Source: Raillietiella orientalis (taxonomy: Eukaryota). Taken from it: a stretch of 64,000 nucleotides of DNA. A model generated the notes under the pieces. That model made no database searches and had not been told where the DNA came from. It was given only the letters and a program-made list of their open reading frames with translations. Positions within the stretch are counted from its first letter, which is position 1; each line of letters begins with the position of its first letter. Positions 24,301 to 37,100 of this stretch are shown here, in pieces. A program made the translations under genes and the position numbers. The stretch covers positions 3,720,001 through 3,784,000 of the forward strand of contig JAYWIR010000016.1 in assembly GCA_036172245.1 (NCBI GenBank), written 5' to 3'.

Positions 24301-27300
24301 TCGCAGGGAGAAGGGAGGCGTGCCAAGGGGAAGGGGGGGGGGGGAAGGAGACACTCCACAGGGCGGTCAGGAAGGCTGCTGTCAAGGACGCCAGCGCGCA
24401 GCATCCCTTTCGTCCATCCCAGGCGTGGAAGGTTCTTCTGGTTCCGAGTCGTTAGGGCGGCGTCTTCCGGCCTTCTGATCTCTCTGGAGAACCCTCTTCG
24501 CCTCCTCTCAGGCAGATTTCACTCCCGGTTCCTTGAATTCCTCTTCCACCCTCCTCCCTGCCGATAGTTCCGAACGCCGGCCGCCGCGTTGACGGTCAGC
24601 CGCCGAGGTCACCATGCTGCCATCCTCCTCGCTCGCCCCGTGCCCACAAAGCGTGCCTCGGGAGCTTCGCCCGGAAACAACCCCTGTCGAGAAAACCCCA
24701 AGGAGTAGCTGCTGCCGCTGCCTTCTCTCCGGACGGGGGTTGCGGCCACCCCGCGCTCGTTCTCCAGCTGTCCGGACGCCAGGGGAGCGGCAAGCACCGC
24801 CCTTCTGCTCAAACTGAATGGCGTTCCGAGAGCGTGGTCCTGGAAAGGCGAGCTCTTCCGCGCGCTGCTCCTGTGGGTTCGCCTCTCTTTCTTCTTCCCT
24901 CGGGAGAAGCGGGATCCGAACCCCGGAGCCGTGCCGCGGGAATTTCCAGCCTGTAGCGCCTCTGCCGCCTCCAGTGAGCTGACCGCAGCTGATCTGTCTG
25001 CCCTCGGCAAAGGGCAGCAGTACTCGCGACGCTGAGCAAGAATCTGAAGAGTCAGCAGCACGGGCTGGGAACGCGTCGTTCAGGAAAGAACCGCGGGCGC
25101 AAGCTGGAGGGAAGGACTCCTGGAGGAAAAGGATCCTTCCAGAAAGCGGCGGAGGGCAGGTTCGAGGTGCCTTGGTGGGTCTCCCTTGCGGGGGCAGAGA
25201 ATGGGGGTTCCCACCTCCTAGGATCCCGTTCATCGCCGCCATCCCGAGCAGCTGGACTTCCCGGAAAGGGAGGAGAGATCGCGGGGAGCTCCAGCGCGGA
25301 CACCGGTAGCTCGTGCGAAAGCGGGGTCGGGGATGAGGGGAGACGTGCGGCCACGGTGGGCCGATGGAGTTCCGGCAGGCCCGCCGTCCTGACACCATGC
25401 ACTGCTCGACGGGCAGGAGGGCTCAGAGGGGCTTCCGGATAGGAGGCCGGCCACCCCTGGAGGAGCACACCGGGCACTCGGAAAAACTCGGCGTTGACCA
25501 GAGCCACTGGGTCCACGACGGCCCACTCTCACACTCTTGGATCGCCTTCTAAGCGGTCAGAGTCGTGAGAGGGAGGGAGTCCGCTGTTGTCTTCTGCCTC
25601 CGATCTCGGGACTTTCCTCCTTCCTTTGAGACGGATCCTTGTTGAGCATTTCCGAATTTCCTCGCTCCCATCCCTTTCCGAGAATGGTCTCGCCCAGCGC
25701 GGCGTCAGCGCTCTGGGTCTTCCCATCTCATATGGTCTAGCAGCAGCTCGCCTGCGAGCCAGCAGCTGCTAGCTGCGATCCACCTTTTCTCCCGAGTTAG
25801 GAGGAGGAAGGAAAGGGAGGAAGGAGGGAGGAAGACAGGCGGGAAGGCAAGCAACGCCCACCTACTCTGGCGGGAAGGGTTTCTGGGGAGACACTGACGT
25901 TTGGAGCTTCATTTTCCCCTCAGGATTCCGGTGGGGCACCGCGTAGGTCGCGGGGCCAGCGAATCTCGTATGCGGTCGATCGGCGGCTCTTCAGCAGCGC
26001 ACGGCCAAGTCCCAGCCTCCAGACCGGGAGGTCCGAAACACTAGCAGCGCTTTGCTAAGCTGCGGCAGCTGTAAGCTGCAAGAAGTCCTCCGGAGAGCCC
26101 CCTGTCAGCTCGCGGTGGTCAGCAGGTCTGCCGGAGTCCTTTTTGTTTTTTTGGTTCATCACACCAAGCACCTGCACATTTCCGGGACGCTTCCCTCGTG
26201 GTGCGCTCCGGTCCTGCTTACCGAGTGCCTATGCACTTTCCGAGGTGGCTGCCTCGAGGAAGAGGAGTTGCTGCTCCTCCGCACAGGCCCTTGGGCGGGA
26301 AAGGGGCGAGAGCAGGAGGAGGGAAGGGGGGATTCGCTCCAGCCGCCGCATCCCCCCTTTCGAGCTGGAAAGAGGGCTTGGTCTCTTTCCCTCCTTCCGG
26401 ATTTTTTACCATTCCAAATCGGGAAGGTGTCTTATCCTCTGCCTCCGCATCTCGAATCGCTCCGTTCAGGGTCGCCTGTCGAGGAAGCTGGGAGCACAGC
26501 GCGAGCAGACGGAGACCCCGACTCTGTGGCCCCATAAAGGAGGCCCCAGGATTCGTGATCTCTCCACCCCCCTTCCCCGCGTCTTCGTGTCTCCCTCGGA
26601 CACGACCGGCGTTCGCTCCAACCCTCTCGAAAGCTGGCGGCGGGGATTCGTGGGACTCCTGGCCCGTGGAGTTCTCCGTGGTCTCCATGGCGAGGGTGAG
26701 GCCGGACGGCGTTGGGCGGCGGATCCTGTGCCTTGACAGCGGAACCGCGCGTTTTCGCAACCTCGCAAGGGGACGGAGGACCGTTCGACCCCTGAGGGAG
26801 GGGGGGAGGAAGCTCACCGAGCTCTTGGATACCACCCACGCCACTTGAAGGTGCGTGTGTCACTCCTCAAGATAGGGAGTACCCCTGGAGGGAAGCACCC
26901 CATGAATGCAAGAAGGGTTCCGAAGGAAGGAGTCTGTTCCTCATCTGGCTCTTGGAAGGAGAACCCCGAAGGTCACCGTCCTCCCTGGTTGTCTCCGGAG
27001 GGACTTCTCGGAGATCATGGTTGCCCTGGTTCTCTCCGAAGGAAACATCGAAGGGAACCCTCGCGACAGGTTGTCTACGGAGGAACTCCCCGAAGGTCAC
27101 CGTCGCCCTGGTTGTCTCTGGAGAGACTCCCCGAAGGGAATCCTTTCTTCATTCTGCTTGGAGAAACCCCTAGGGGGCTGCTCCATTGTTTCTTCTCCGA
27201 AAGTAAACCCGGAAAGGATCTACTCCTGGAATTTCTCCTCCGGCAAGTCCAGGAAGGCTTCGGAGGAAACCCTTCCCTCTAACGCTTCGTAGGGGACCCA

Positions 27301-28676
27301 GAAGGAACCCTCGCTTTGGTTGTCTCCGGGTTTGCCTCTCTGGGGGGAGGAACCGCTAACTCTTCCGCACCGCCCACGCCACCCGAGGGTACGTGTCGCT
27401 CCCTAAGTTGTAGGGGGACTAAGGGGCCCACCACATGAGTCCAGACGGGGTCCCGGAGGAAGGGGTCCGTTCCTCCCTGACTCCCGGGAGGGAACCCCAA
27501 AGGAAACTGCTGCCTTATTTTCTCAGGAGGCGTCCCCCGTAAAGGGAGAGAGCACTCCTAGTTTCTTCTCCTGAGGGACCCCCCGGAAAGAAACTGCTTC
27601 TGGTTTCCTCCTCTCCTAAAGAGAACCCGGAAGGGACGCTTCCCGAAGGGAGCGGCGCGCTTACATTTTGGAGAGGCAACTGCCTGAGGGAGGTATCGAC
27701 CAGGTCCAAGGGACGCGATGGAGGGCCCCATTTTTACAGCGGGGAGGGGGGAAACCCCGAAGGGATTCTTGATGTCCTGAAAGGCCCACCGGGGACCGAT
27801 TTCCAATCCCGGAAACCAGTCAACGGGGTGCATCCGACCTCCGCCAGTGCGCATCCGGAGAGGACTCGAAACCTACAACACTCACTCCATTTCTCTGGGT
27901 CGATCTTTCCCTGGGCAGGATTCGAACCCGCGCCGACTGGCGCTACGCGCGCGATGACCGCTGCACGGCCGGTGTGCTTTCGGCCAGTTCTTCCCCGCGG
28001 TCCCATCTCAGGCAAGCGATAGGAGGATGCGGGAGGGAGGGAAGCGAGAGAGCCCAAGCTTGACCTCGGCGGACGTCGCATGCCCTCCGCGACTCACCTC
28101 GACCAGGAATATCTTCCTTCGGGACTGAATGTACGAGTGGATTCCTTCCGACCGGAGCCCCGCGCCTTTTAGCGTACTGGGGCCGAAGGGGGTGGGGGGC
28201 TGGCAGGCCTCGTCATCCTCGAAAATTTTGGAGAGGTACGACTTCCTGGACCCTATGAACAGGCGCTTTCTTCGGAAGGATTCCGTGGTCTTCGAGTGGA
28301 CAGGAAGGTGCTTTTCGCGTTCCTTCTCCTGCGGGAGAGGAAGGATAGCGGTTGCGGTCCCCACGGAGGGAGGCTGAGGTACCTGTCTTTGCTTGCTGAT
28401 GAGCTCTTCCAGGTGGTGCGTGTTTCCGAAGTCGTCCGGCATTGCAAAGGGGATGTCGCCGTCGTGCTGCTGTTGTTCAGCGGCGGCAGCAGAAGCAGCT
28501 TTGGCTGCGTGGTCACCGGACTTCGAGCTGCCACCGCGTTTCGGATCATCATCCGAATCGAAACTTCTCGCACCCGAAGGAGGCGGCGGCATCTTCGGCG
28601 TTCCCGCTCGGGCGACCCGGGGAGATTTGGAAGCGCCTTCCGATGACTGCGCGGAAGCGGCGCGCTCGGACACCAT
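15399..28676 (-). CDS. CFAP100: Cilia/flagella-associated coiled-coil protein, CFAP100 (CCDC37)/CCDC38 family. Exons 28383-28676, 28098-28328, 23909-24072, 23686-23857, 23486-23571, 21130-21251, 20233-20369, 15991-16097, 15725-15938, 15558-15674, 15399-15509; 584 aa
   Basis: All ten introns are GT-AG and phase-compatible. Family-typical segments: YIQSRRKIFLVEYMIGVRKDEI, FLRDND, YRQFLFSVAPAEW, EEPELYFKDPQE..LEEEDLSLI, LESLGKKI, LTSIENRIDDML, RSPPP and the terminal EEEDYAFFFT*. Confidence 0.88.
16357..16428. repeat. Compound microsatellite (C)n(CT)n(GT)n(GTT)n(GTC)n
   Basis: Directly visible in a CFAP100 intron. Confidence 0.9.
19675..20133 (+). CDS. Candidate nested antisense gene, 3' portion. 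Exons 19675-19697, 19768-19873, 19919-20051, 20097-20133
   Basis: Three GT-AG introns (70, 45, 45 nt; two with strong GTAAGC/GTGAGT donors) give a phase-consistent frame ending LSRRWRHEQCQ*. No homology recognised. Confidence 0.35.
21450..23100 (+). mobile_element. Highly decayed LINE RT relic in a CFAP100 intron
   Basis: RPIS...QTK (cf. RPISLLNxDYK) at ~21980; GQGSLP (cf. RQGCPLS) at ~22400. Confidence 0.35.
24500..27830 (-). mobile_element. Decayed L1/Tx1-type LINE (upstream region, APE endonuclease, start of RT) in CFAP100 intron 2
   Basis: Motif remnants in the expected order on minus: LAMETT (cf. LQET), DLPVWR, RIDRI, GKSSCSG (cf. GKSPGPDG), GVLPSS. The upstream part shares clear nucleotide similarity with 33420-33800 (+). 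Confidence 0.55.
26964..27330. repeat. Degenerate ~41-42 bp minisatellite within the LINE relic
   Basis: ccccgaaggtcaccgtc..cctggttgtctc recurs at ~26964 and ~27088, with more diverged units between and after. Confidence 0.7.
27905..27985 (-). other. tRNA-derived fragment (SINE head or pseudo-tRNA)
   Basis: Minus strand reads GCGGG-TTCGAAT-CCTGC (T-arm/B box, ~27915-27931), with a weak A-box-like stretch upstream. No complete cloverleaf. Confidence 0.5.
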
Positions 28677-29799
28677 GGGGACGGAGGGGGAGAGCGCCGA
28701 AGTCTCAGGAGGAGAGAGGGAGGGGAGCGGTCACACGACGAATTTCCTGGAACAGAATTGATTCGTGCAGCCTGCATACACTCCCCAGGGAGCCGAGAGA
28801 GGAAAAACCACGCTGGCAAGAGGGGGTTCTTCTTTGGAGCGGTTCCGACCGTCTTTGCGAGGAGCGACGCGCTCCGGAGCTTCGCAGTCCCTTCGATCCC
28901 GAGTGATCTCCGGGGGCGCACGTTCCGCGCGCGGGTCGTCGGTTCCGTCCGGGACGCGAGCCGCCGCAGCCGGCAAGGCAGGCTCGGAAGGTGACCTTCC
29001 CGCGCCACGAGTTTCACCAGGGTCAGTCCAGGGTCACGTGAGCGCCTCCCGAGCGAGCAGAAGAAAAAAAATTGCTGCAAGACGAAAGAGGGGGAGGAGG
29101 ATTGGGAGGAAAAAAAAAAAAAAAAAACAACATCCCTGCTTCGGAATCGAGGCGCGCTCCTCCTGGGAGAAACTCTGAACAGAGAGGATGCCACCAGGCC
29201 GTAGGAACACACGGGCGACGACTGAACACACTTGTTTCCGCGGCTCGTGCAGCGGGGATCCCATTTTGTTTGATCGATAGCGGGTGTTTCATGGAAGCGA
29301 ACAATCGCACCCTCGTCTCCTCGCAACCGCCCGGGGGGAGCTCTTTTGCGCCCGGTGCTGCACCGTGGCACGCGCGCGCAGCCATCATCGCCTTTCAGCA
29401 AAAGAGGGGGATGACGAAAAGCCGGTCGTCAGGCAATCTGGACAACGCTCCCCCTTCCTCCTCCTCCCCAATCTGCCGAGCGCGCAGGCCTTCGCACGCG
29501 AACCGCTCCTGCTCGGCAGGGAAGCGGGCGCCGCCGCCGTGAGGGTTCCGGGCGAGCAGGGAACCACCACTCCCGGGCCACTTGCCCCTCCGGCACGGAA
29601 CGACGAGTCCTCTCGCCAATGAGAAAAAAGTGCGCGGTACAGGACGGGGTCTCCTGAAGGGTCTGACCCTTGTGGTCCCGGCCAGCTTCGAAGGCGCCAT
29701 CTACTGACGGGTGGAGCCAAGCAGACGAGAAAACAGTTCTGCCCGATGAGTAAAGGAGTAGGGGAAGGGAGGCTCTACCTCCCCTCCCTTCCCCACGCC

Positions 29800-32460
29800 A
29801 CCCACCCCTAAAAGAACAGAGAGGTCCCTCCTGCATTTGGGCTACTGGATTTGCCCCTCTCCCGATCCGAGCAGCCGGCGGCGAATCTCCGCGAGCTCGA
29901 AAATCTCCCCCGAGGATCTGGAAGACAGGGCGAAGCCGCGACTGATGGGAGATGCCTGCAGGCGATCACTTTGGCTCCCGGGAAACCATCAGTCCCGCGG
30001 AACCGAGCAGAGCGCGCGGTCCGGACGCCGGCCCGGGAGCGAAGTCCTGCGATGCGTGAGTGCCGACCTTCGATCGTTCCGTAGCAGGTCAACCCGCCCG
30101 CTGGCACGAGAACGAACGAGGGCACGAAGCCAAACCTCGTGTGCAGATCTGGGTCTCTCTCGTCTCCTTCCTCTTCCTCTCGTTCCGCACTTGCTGAGGA
30201 CTCTCTCCATCCGCTGCAGACCTGGAAGCCCCTGAACAGCGGGCACGGCTTCAGAGTCAGCGCGTGTTCGAGACCTCTCGCGTCCCGTAGAGAGCGACGG
30301 AATTTTCCGGGAGCTTTCCGGCTTCGCCGCTGGCCTTGCAGCGGCTCTTCTGTCAGGATGGGGAAGGGGGAGGGAGGGGGAGTCTCGCCTCCCTCTGCCG
30401 GAGACCCGCCGTGCAGCCGTGCTTCCGCGGGTCGCAGGGAGTGGGAGTGGGAGGAGACCACAGATCACGCGAAGAAGAGGCGCGGCACGCGGGAAGCCTG
30501 TTCTGCGGGAGCACCGGACAGACCGACGAGGGCTTGCTGGACGGGGTCTCCCGGTCTTCCCACGATCTGCGGCGGCGTCCCCCAGAGCGCTCGGCCGGGA
30601 GCCCCATTCCCTGCAGGCAGAGAGACGGTGCGCAGTCGCCTTGCTTCCCGAGGTCCTGCCGGAGGTCGCGGCTGCCTCGGAGAAGCTGACGCGGCGCCAG
30701 AGACCTCTCCTCCCCCCTTGTGCCTCGGTGATCCCGGACCGATCCCGGACCGTCCTCGTCCACCACCGGACTGCGGACGCCCGGAAGCTGGTGCGTGGGA
30801 AGGCGGACACCAATCGACAGGCACCCCCTTGACCAAGGGCAGATACAGGTCACCTGCCGCATTCGGAGCGCGACGTCTCGATGGACTCCGGCAAGAAGGC
30901 GGGGCGTGAACGACGAGAGAACCACCTCCCTCAAACAAATTTACAATTAAATCCTATTTCAATGCAAAATTGGCCGCGGCGACCAAAGGACACCTGGTGC
31001 GTGGTCGCCACGTCGTCGGCATCTGACCTCGTCTCCGGGGAGGCAGCTCCCATCCTCGTTCTGCAGAGCTCCGGTAGCATTCCTGAGGTGCGCCGAAGCG
31101 ATCCTCATGACACGAGTGGCGTTTCACGAGCGACGTGCCCGGGATGCAACGGGTGACCAGGGGATCCTCCGCTGCCTGCTTTCCAGCCTTCGCGGCGGTT
31201 TCTCCGCCTCGGCTGCTGGAGCGCACCTGCGCCTCCGGCAGGTGTTATTCGGACCGCGCGCGTCATGCCGCTCCCGGTGTGCGCTCCGCTGATTGCCCTT
31301 CCCCGGGAGATCCCATGTCGGCGAAGGGAGGGGTCGACCCTCTGCGCTTCCCCCATCGCCATTCGTAGAGGCGAAACGCCGCTTCCGCACCACACTGGTG
31401 CTCCGAATCCGGTCCCAAGGGAAGGAATCGGCAGAGGCTTCTTTGCCCGCCGTTAACCGCCGGTCCAGGTGCGGCGGCGGGGGTGTGGCTAAGGGGCTCT
31501 TGCGCTCGCGCGGTCGAGGCCTCCCCCTGTGGGCGTTGTGACCTACGGCGGCGCAGCGAAACGAGCGCGTGAGGCGAACCCTCGGAGATCGGGAGTTCCG
31601 GATGCTCGCAGGCTAGCAGGAAGCGCACCGACGAAGGGAGAAAACCTGGAGGACCTCGCTCGCCCCCTCTTCCCCTCTCGGAAGCACCCCAGGCGTCAGT
31701 TGGCGCGATTATCGTCGGCTCATTTATGACCGTGGGACGAGGATGCCACGCAAGAGCCGGGAATTCCCGGAGCGCGCGGGAGCCATCGCTCTCCCCGTCT
31801 CATGGGCGCCCGAAGGGGCTGTGAAAAGCGGAAAAAGCAGCCGGCGTGCCTGCGAGCTCCGACATCTTTCCGTCTGTCCACTCTTTTGCTCCTTCTGGAT
31901 GCGGTCCGGATGTCCCTTCCGGGGATTCTGCGTCCACGTCCCCGGTGGAATTCCCCCTCGGTGGAATTCCTGGACGTTCCGCGAGGGGCCAGCGGGCAGG
32001 GCGACCATGTCGGGCGTGGAGAGGTGACCCCGCCGTGAGGTACCTCGCGTCCTCTCATCGCTTCCGGCGACCTCAAAACCTGCCGGGGCTCCGACATCCG
32101 CCCGAGCACCCTCTCTTGTCGGGGATACTGCCAGGTCCTTGCGCTCGAAAGGCCAGGCGGCGTCTCCGACCACATTCCTTTTTCTCCCCATGCGGGAAGA
32201 GGGTTCATCCCGGAGATGCTCTCGTCTCAAGGAACCGATTCCCCTCCCCCCTCGCGTGCCTACCGGCCAGAGAAGCCCCCCCAGGCGCAGACCAAGCGCG
32301 GACTCACGCAGAGACCCCGCCAGCGCGGACCCTGGACAGGTAGGGCTCTCGACCCGAGGGGGCTGACCGCACCGTAGACACTGCCGAAAGGTCGAGCGAA
32401 GCCCTCGTTCTCTATGGGGCCCATGAGATCTTCTCACACCAGCCGCAACCACCAGCGAAC
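29800..32460 (-). mobile_element. Decayed LINE ORF2 (APE + RT), interrupted by the 30054-30903 duplicate
   Basis: In order on minus: RTWQY..VLGRM (cf. FTW..RLDR), ELPISEGS.HALVSL..RSQRPQG, GRAISG, EAEK, GAPQEC, DADDV at ~31020, FCIEIGFNCK. Confidence 0.55.
30054..30903 (+). repeat. 850-bp inverted repeat, left copy
   Basis: Reverse complement of 39557-40406. Translations in several frames are identical between copies, and both end-coordinate pairs sum to 70460 (no net indel). Confidence 0.95.
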
Positions 32461-33399
32461 ACAGCTTCCCTCACCCTTCCCTCTCTCTCTCTGACAGTGC
32501 ATGTTTGTCTTTGGGAGCGTTCCCTGACCCCTTTCGAGATTTCCCCCTCAATGAGGGTAGGGTGAGGAATTCTTCGCGAGTGTGATGTCCATTTCTTCTA
32601 ATATGCAACACCTCTTCCCGTGAGCGCGTGAGGGAAGGGGGGGGAGGTAAAGAAAACCAAAAAAACAGCAGTAGCGACAATAAATTCTCGTGACTTTTTC
32701 CTCTTCTTCCTCCCCTCCCCCTTCCCTCCCTTTCTTCCTCTCTCCCTCTCCTACGATGAGTCACTCGGAAGATTGCCCTGTGGGAAAGCAGTCCGCCATT
32801 TCACCGCGTTCCCCCCCCCCGCCCCTTTTTGCGTTTCCCTCGCGACGCGGTGCCGCCGCGCCTCCAGTGGCCCTCCTTGTTTGTCTTCGCTCCTGCTTCC
32901 GCCCCTTATCTGGATGAAGTGCTCGTATCAGCCACCGAGGAAGAAAGACGGGTTCCGCGCATCGGCAAACCCTCGACAGATGCGCGACAAACGGCGGCTA
33001 GCGGCCCCTGGAGAGGACGCAACGGCCGACTGCGCACCTCCGCATTTTTCCACCTCGGTTCCGCGCCCGCGTCCGGGAAGGCGGTGTTGGCGAAGAATAC
33101 GGCACGCATTGGCGGCCGTCGCGCGGCTGCCGTCTCCTCGCGCGCGCGGTGCCAGGCGTCGCGGGTTCGCTCCCGGGGAAGAAGCAGAGACGCAGAGCAA
33201 CGACCTCTACAACTTCAATAGTCACTCACTCTCGATTGGCATGGACGGCGCTGAAGGAGAGTTTCGTGACCCACCCCCCAAAGGAGGCGGACGGGTCTTC
33301 AGCATTTCTTGAGAACCAAAAAAGAAAAAAAAGAGCCATCCAGGGCACGGGGGCGCCGTGGTTTCCGAATTCCTCTGCAGGAAGACCCTAGTTGATCTA

Positions 33400-35030
33400 C
33401 CCGGGAGAGGCACCGGAGGAAACCGGAACTGGGATTGGAAGTCGACCCTCCGGGCTGCTTCCAGGACATCACGGAGCCCTTGGGGGTTCCCCTTTGATTG
33501 TGAAGATGGAGCCGCCCCTTCCCTCGGGAAAGCATCCTCCATCTCATACCGTGGAGCTGGTGGATGGACGCCTCTCCAGAGTGTCCAAGAAGAGTGTCGC
33601 AGAGAAACTGGGAAGCGTCTCTTCTGGAAGATTCTCTTTAGGGGGAGGAACAAGGATTGGGAGAATAAGAAAGGGGTGGTTCCCTTGGGAGACAACCAAA
33701 GCGAAGGTCCCCCTACCAAGCATAGGAGAAACGGACATCTCCATCCGGAGCCTCCTGGATTCATAGGATGACCCCGGAGGGACCACTCTCCGAATTGAAG
33801 AGTCAGGCACCACCTCTTGCCCGAGCAGCGATGGCTGCCTGTTCTCGAGGGCGCAGACCGGTTCGCCCTGCCGGGATTCCCGATGCCTTGCCGATTGACC
33901 CGGCGGCGACCCTCCCGGGAGTGCAGCCTCTCTCGCGTCCGAAGCGATTCCCGATAGCCTCGGGGGCGGGAGGGAAGGGACGCGCACTTTCAAGTCCGGC
34001 CCACCCGGCAGACCTCAGGTAGCCCTCCAGGAACTTTCCTCCTTGCCCCTCTCAGCAGCCCCAGAGGGAGTCGCGGCTCACCTCCCCACCCTGGAGTGGC
34101 TCAGTCGCCTCCCCCTCCCTCTCCCGTCTTCCCCCGACAAGAGCGTCCATTGCCCCGCTGACCTCCCCCGAAGGACTCGGGGCCCTTGGGGGGTGGGACG
34201 AGAGAGGAACGAAACGCGTGGCCACCCTTGGTCTTGCGCTGTGGTTCGTGAAGGACACCGGCCTCTCCGCGCTCTCTGTCGGCCCCATCGTCACCGCTGA
34301 CCTTTCGCCCGGATCGCTGCGACCTCCGTTTCGAGGGGGAAATCACGCATCCACGTACCGCGCGGGAGGAGAGGGCGAAGGAGACCCCCCGAAGGGGTGG
34401 CCAAAGCGTGGTGCCAAACGGGTCCCGCAGCTCATCCGGAGGGTTGCAGGACAAGGGAGGAACGCGGCTCACCTGACTCGCACGTGAGCTGCCGGAAGTG
34501 CTGTCCCCCACTTCCTTATGAGAGGAGCACGAGTACACCTCCCCGCTCCTCCTGACGGAGGCCCACCTCTAACCGGGGAGAGGGTCGGCCCTCATCCCCG
34601 GTCTTCCCTGGCCTTTCCCTAAACGCGAAAGAACGCCGTGGTTCCAGGCAGACAGTGCCGCCGTGCGTCCTGTGACCGGGGTCCTGAGACTCCCTGGCGC
34701 CCAAGGGGCTTTCCCTGTTTCGCGTTGCCTCGCCTGCCGGGAATGACCCTCTGTTCCGCTCTCTGGAGCCCGAACCCCGCTGCTGAAGGCGAGCCACGTC
34801 TTCCACTTCGAGGCGAGGCCGTCGGAATGGAGGGCGTCGCCAGGCAACTGGCAGCTCTCCCTCCAAATGTCGAACACATGCTACTTACGGAGAATCCCAG
34901 TCGTGTCCACCGCTCGAGGCTGGATGGAACGCTATGGAAGGCGACCTTGAGTTCCTTCCCCCTCGGGAACCCGGCAACTGCTTACATCCGCGCGCCTCTC
35001 CCGTTTCTGCGCGCGAGCTGCTGGCGCTAA
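33400..35030 (+). mobile_element. Decayed LINE (upstream region + APE endonuclease)
   Basis: gggattggaa.tcg...caggacatca...ccctt.gggg.ttcccc matches the minus strand of ~27750-27810. VALQEL at ~34020 and IVTADLS (cf. GDFN) at ~34290. Confidence 0.55.
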
Positions 35031-35099
35031 CCAGGAGCAGCAATGCAGGTCAGTTGCGAGTTGTGGCGGTGTAGGCAGGGCCCGTGCCCTGAAGCGTTG

Positions 35100-37100
35100 C
35101 CACGCGGAGCTGCCTTGGACTGCAAGAGCGGGCTCACGCCGGAGTGCCACCAGAGAGGACCCACCCTTTGGGATTGACCCACCGCAGCTTCCACCCGCAT
35201 GCCGATGGGCCAGGGCAGCCGGAGGGGCGAAGGAGACGGTTTCAGAGCGGTCGCATGTCGGAATCCACTAGCCTCCCCTCGCTGAAACACGGGCGACCTG
35301 CCGTAGGAAGAGGCCAGCATCCTAGGCAAAGCCAGCGGTTGGGGTGGGCGGCGCACCCACGGGACCGGTGATCAACAGCTAGTGAAGAGGGAGTCGGTGC
35401 GAGCCGGGGTGCCACCTCTTCCTCCTCCTTTCTCATACCCCTTGCCCGCACACACCCCTTTCACTCTCACCCCCCTTCCCCCGTCGGCATTTCCCGTAGG
35501 GAGGCAGAATGGTTGGGTGCGAACGCTGGAATGGGAACAGCGAGAAGATCGCCCCAAGGCACTCAGCCCTAGGAAAGGTAGCGTCCTGCGTCGGGTGGCA
35601 TCGGGAAGACTCTGCCCGTTCCCGTGGAGGAACGACAAGACTATGATTGTCCCGCAGCTACTCGTCCTTCGCAGCTGGAGCACAACTTCCACCTGCATGC
35701 CGATCGGCCGTTGCGCGGAAAGCCGAAGAGAGAAGATGCACATGGGTCAGCGCTCTGACCGGAGTCACCACATGCTCACTGCTTTCTGATCTTGACGGTT
35801 CCGCCGGAGGACGAGCACTGGAGACCTGAGGGGGGGAAGGGGCGGATGGCCAGCAGAGTCCTTATCGAGCAAGATTCAGGGAGGGGTGACAAGCGGAGGG
35901 ATGAGGGAGGGAGCAACGGAGGTGGAGACCTTTCCTTCGTCCGCCCTGGGAGGGATGCTGCCAAGCTTCTCTTTCGATTCCTCCTCCGAGGTAGAAGCAC
36001 GCCCTCGGATCGGTCAAGTGTCAGTTACCCGATTGGTCGGATACCCCCGTAACCACATCTTCCTGGACGCCGACGCGCTGCTGCCGCCCATCCTGCGGAG
36101 ACGCCTGAGGGAGGCGCCGAGCGTCCTGCTGCAGGAGGGTCGGGCCCGTCCCGAAAGTTGCACCTCGCACCGCCATCCCGCGACCTTCGACCGACAGGAA
36201 GAGAACCCGTTAAGATGATCCACGTAAATCCATCCATGCCAGGAGGAGGAGGAGGTCGTCGTGCAGATGGCGTCGTTCCCTGAGCACTGCACTCTTCTGC
36301 GCCTCGCCCGGCGACGACGACGCGCTGCCTCGCGGAGAGGCCCTTCGACCGTCCCTGGGGATGAAGCGGGGGGCTCGCGCACACCCCGGAGGGCACCACG
36401 GTCGGCTCGCACTGCGTGCCGGAAAAAGGCGTCACGCTTCTGCCTGCCTGGACGGCTGGCCCGGTGGTGCCACCGACGCGCCCCCATGCGTAAGAAAAAG
36501 TTGCAAAGCCGTTCGGAAGCCCGAGGGGGAATCTTCGAACGTCCGGAAGGAGTTCTACGGAGAGAGGGAGCGTCCCCTAAGGAGGACCCTTGGAGTCGCT
36601 GCGTGGGCGAGTGGTAGAGCCGACCCGCTGCCTCCGGGAAGTTGCTGGCGCGGGAAGAGCCCCTCAGGCACGTCCTCGATCGCTGCGCCACCGGCTTTTG
36701 GTCCGCAGCCATCCCACGCGCTCGGAATGGACTCACCTGACCTCATTCGGAGTCCCAGGGAAAAAGGCGAGGGATTCAGGGACAGCGGAAGAAGAGCAAA
36801 TAGGGTAGGAGGGATCGCCTCTCTCCCTATTCGTCCACCACCGCTTGAGTCACCCGTCTCGATGAAGCAGCCACCGAGTACCACGCAGCCTCTCTCGGAG
36901 GATGGGGCAGAGGGAACGGTTGGATTGGGAAAATGGCGATGAGGTGGAGTCTCCTCCTCCCCCACTACCACCCATCTCCAGTGCTGTCCAGAGAACGCAT
37001 CGACGAACCCTATCCTCACGAAGGCTCGGTGGCGGCAGCTCTCAGAGGGTTAGCGGAAGAAGAGCAAACGAAGGGGGAGAGGAAGCGGCTGCTGGCTGTC
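35100..37100 (-). mobile_element. Decayed LINE RT relic
   Basis: RGVREPPASSP (cf. RGVRQGCPLSP) at ~36380, LHDDLLLLL (cf. YADDLLLL) at ~36260, LPFLGLSALG at ~35570. Confidence 0.55.

Noticed and set aside
27905..27985. Functional tRNA gene
   Set aside because: Only the T-arm is convincing; acceptor, D and anticodon stems could not be paired.
33544..33993. Minus-strand zinc-knuckle ORF1
   Set aside because: Nucleotide homology with 27830-26800 and the downstream VALQEL motif show this relic is on the plus strand.
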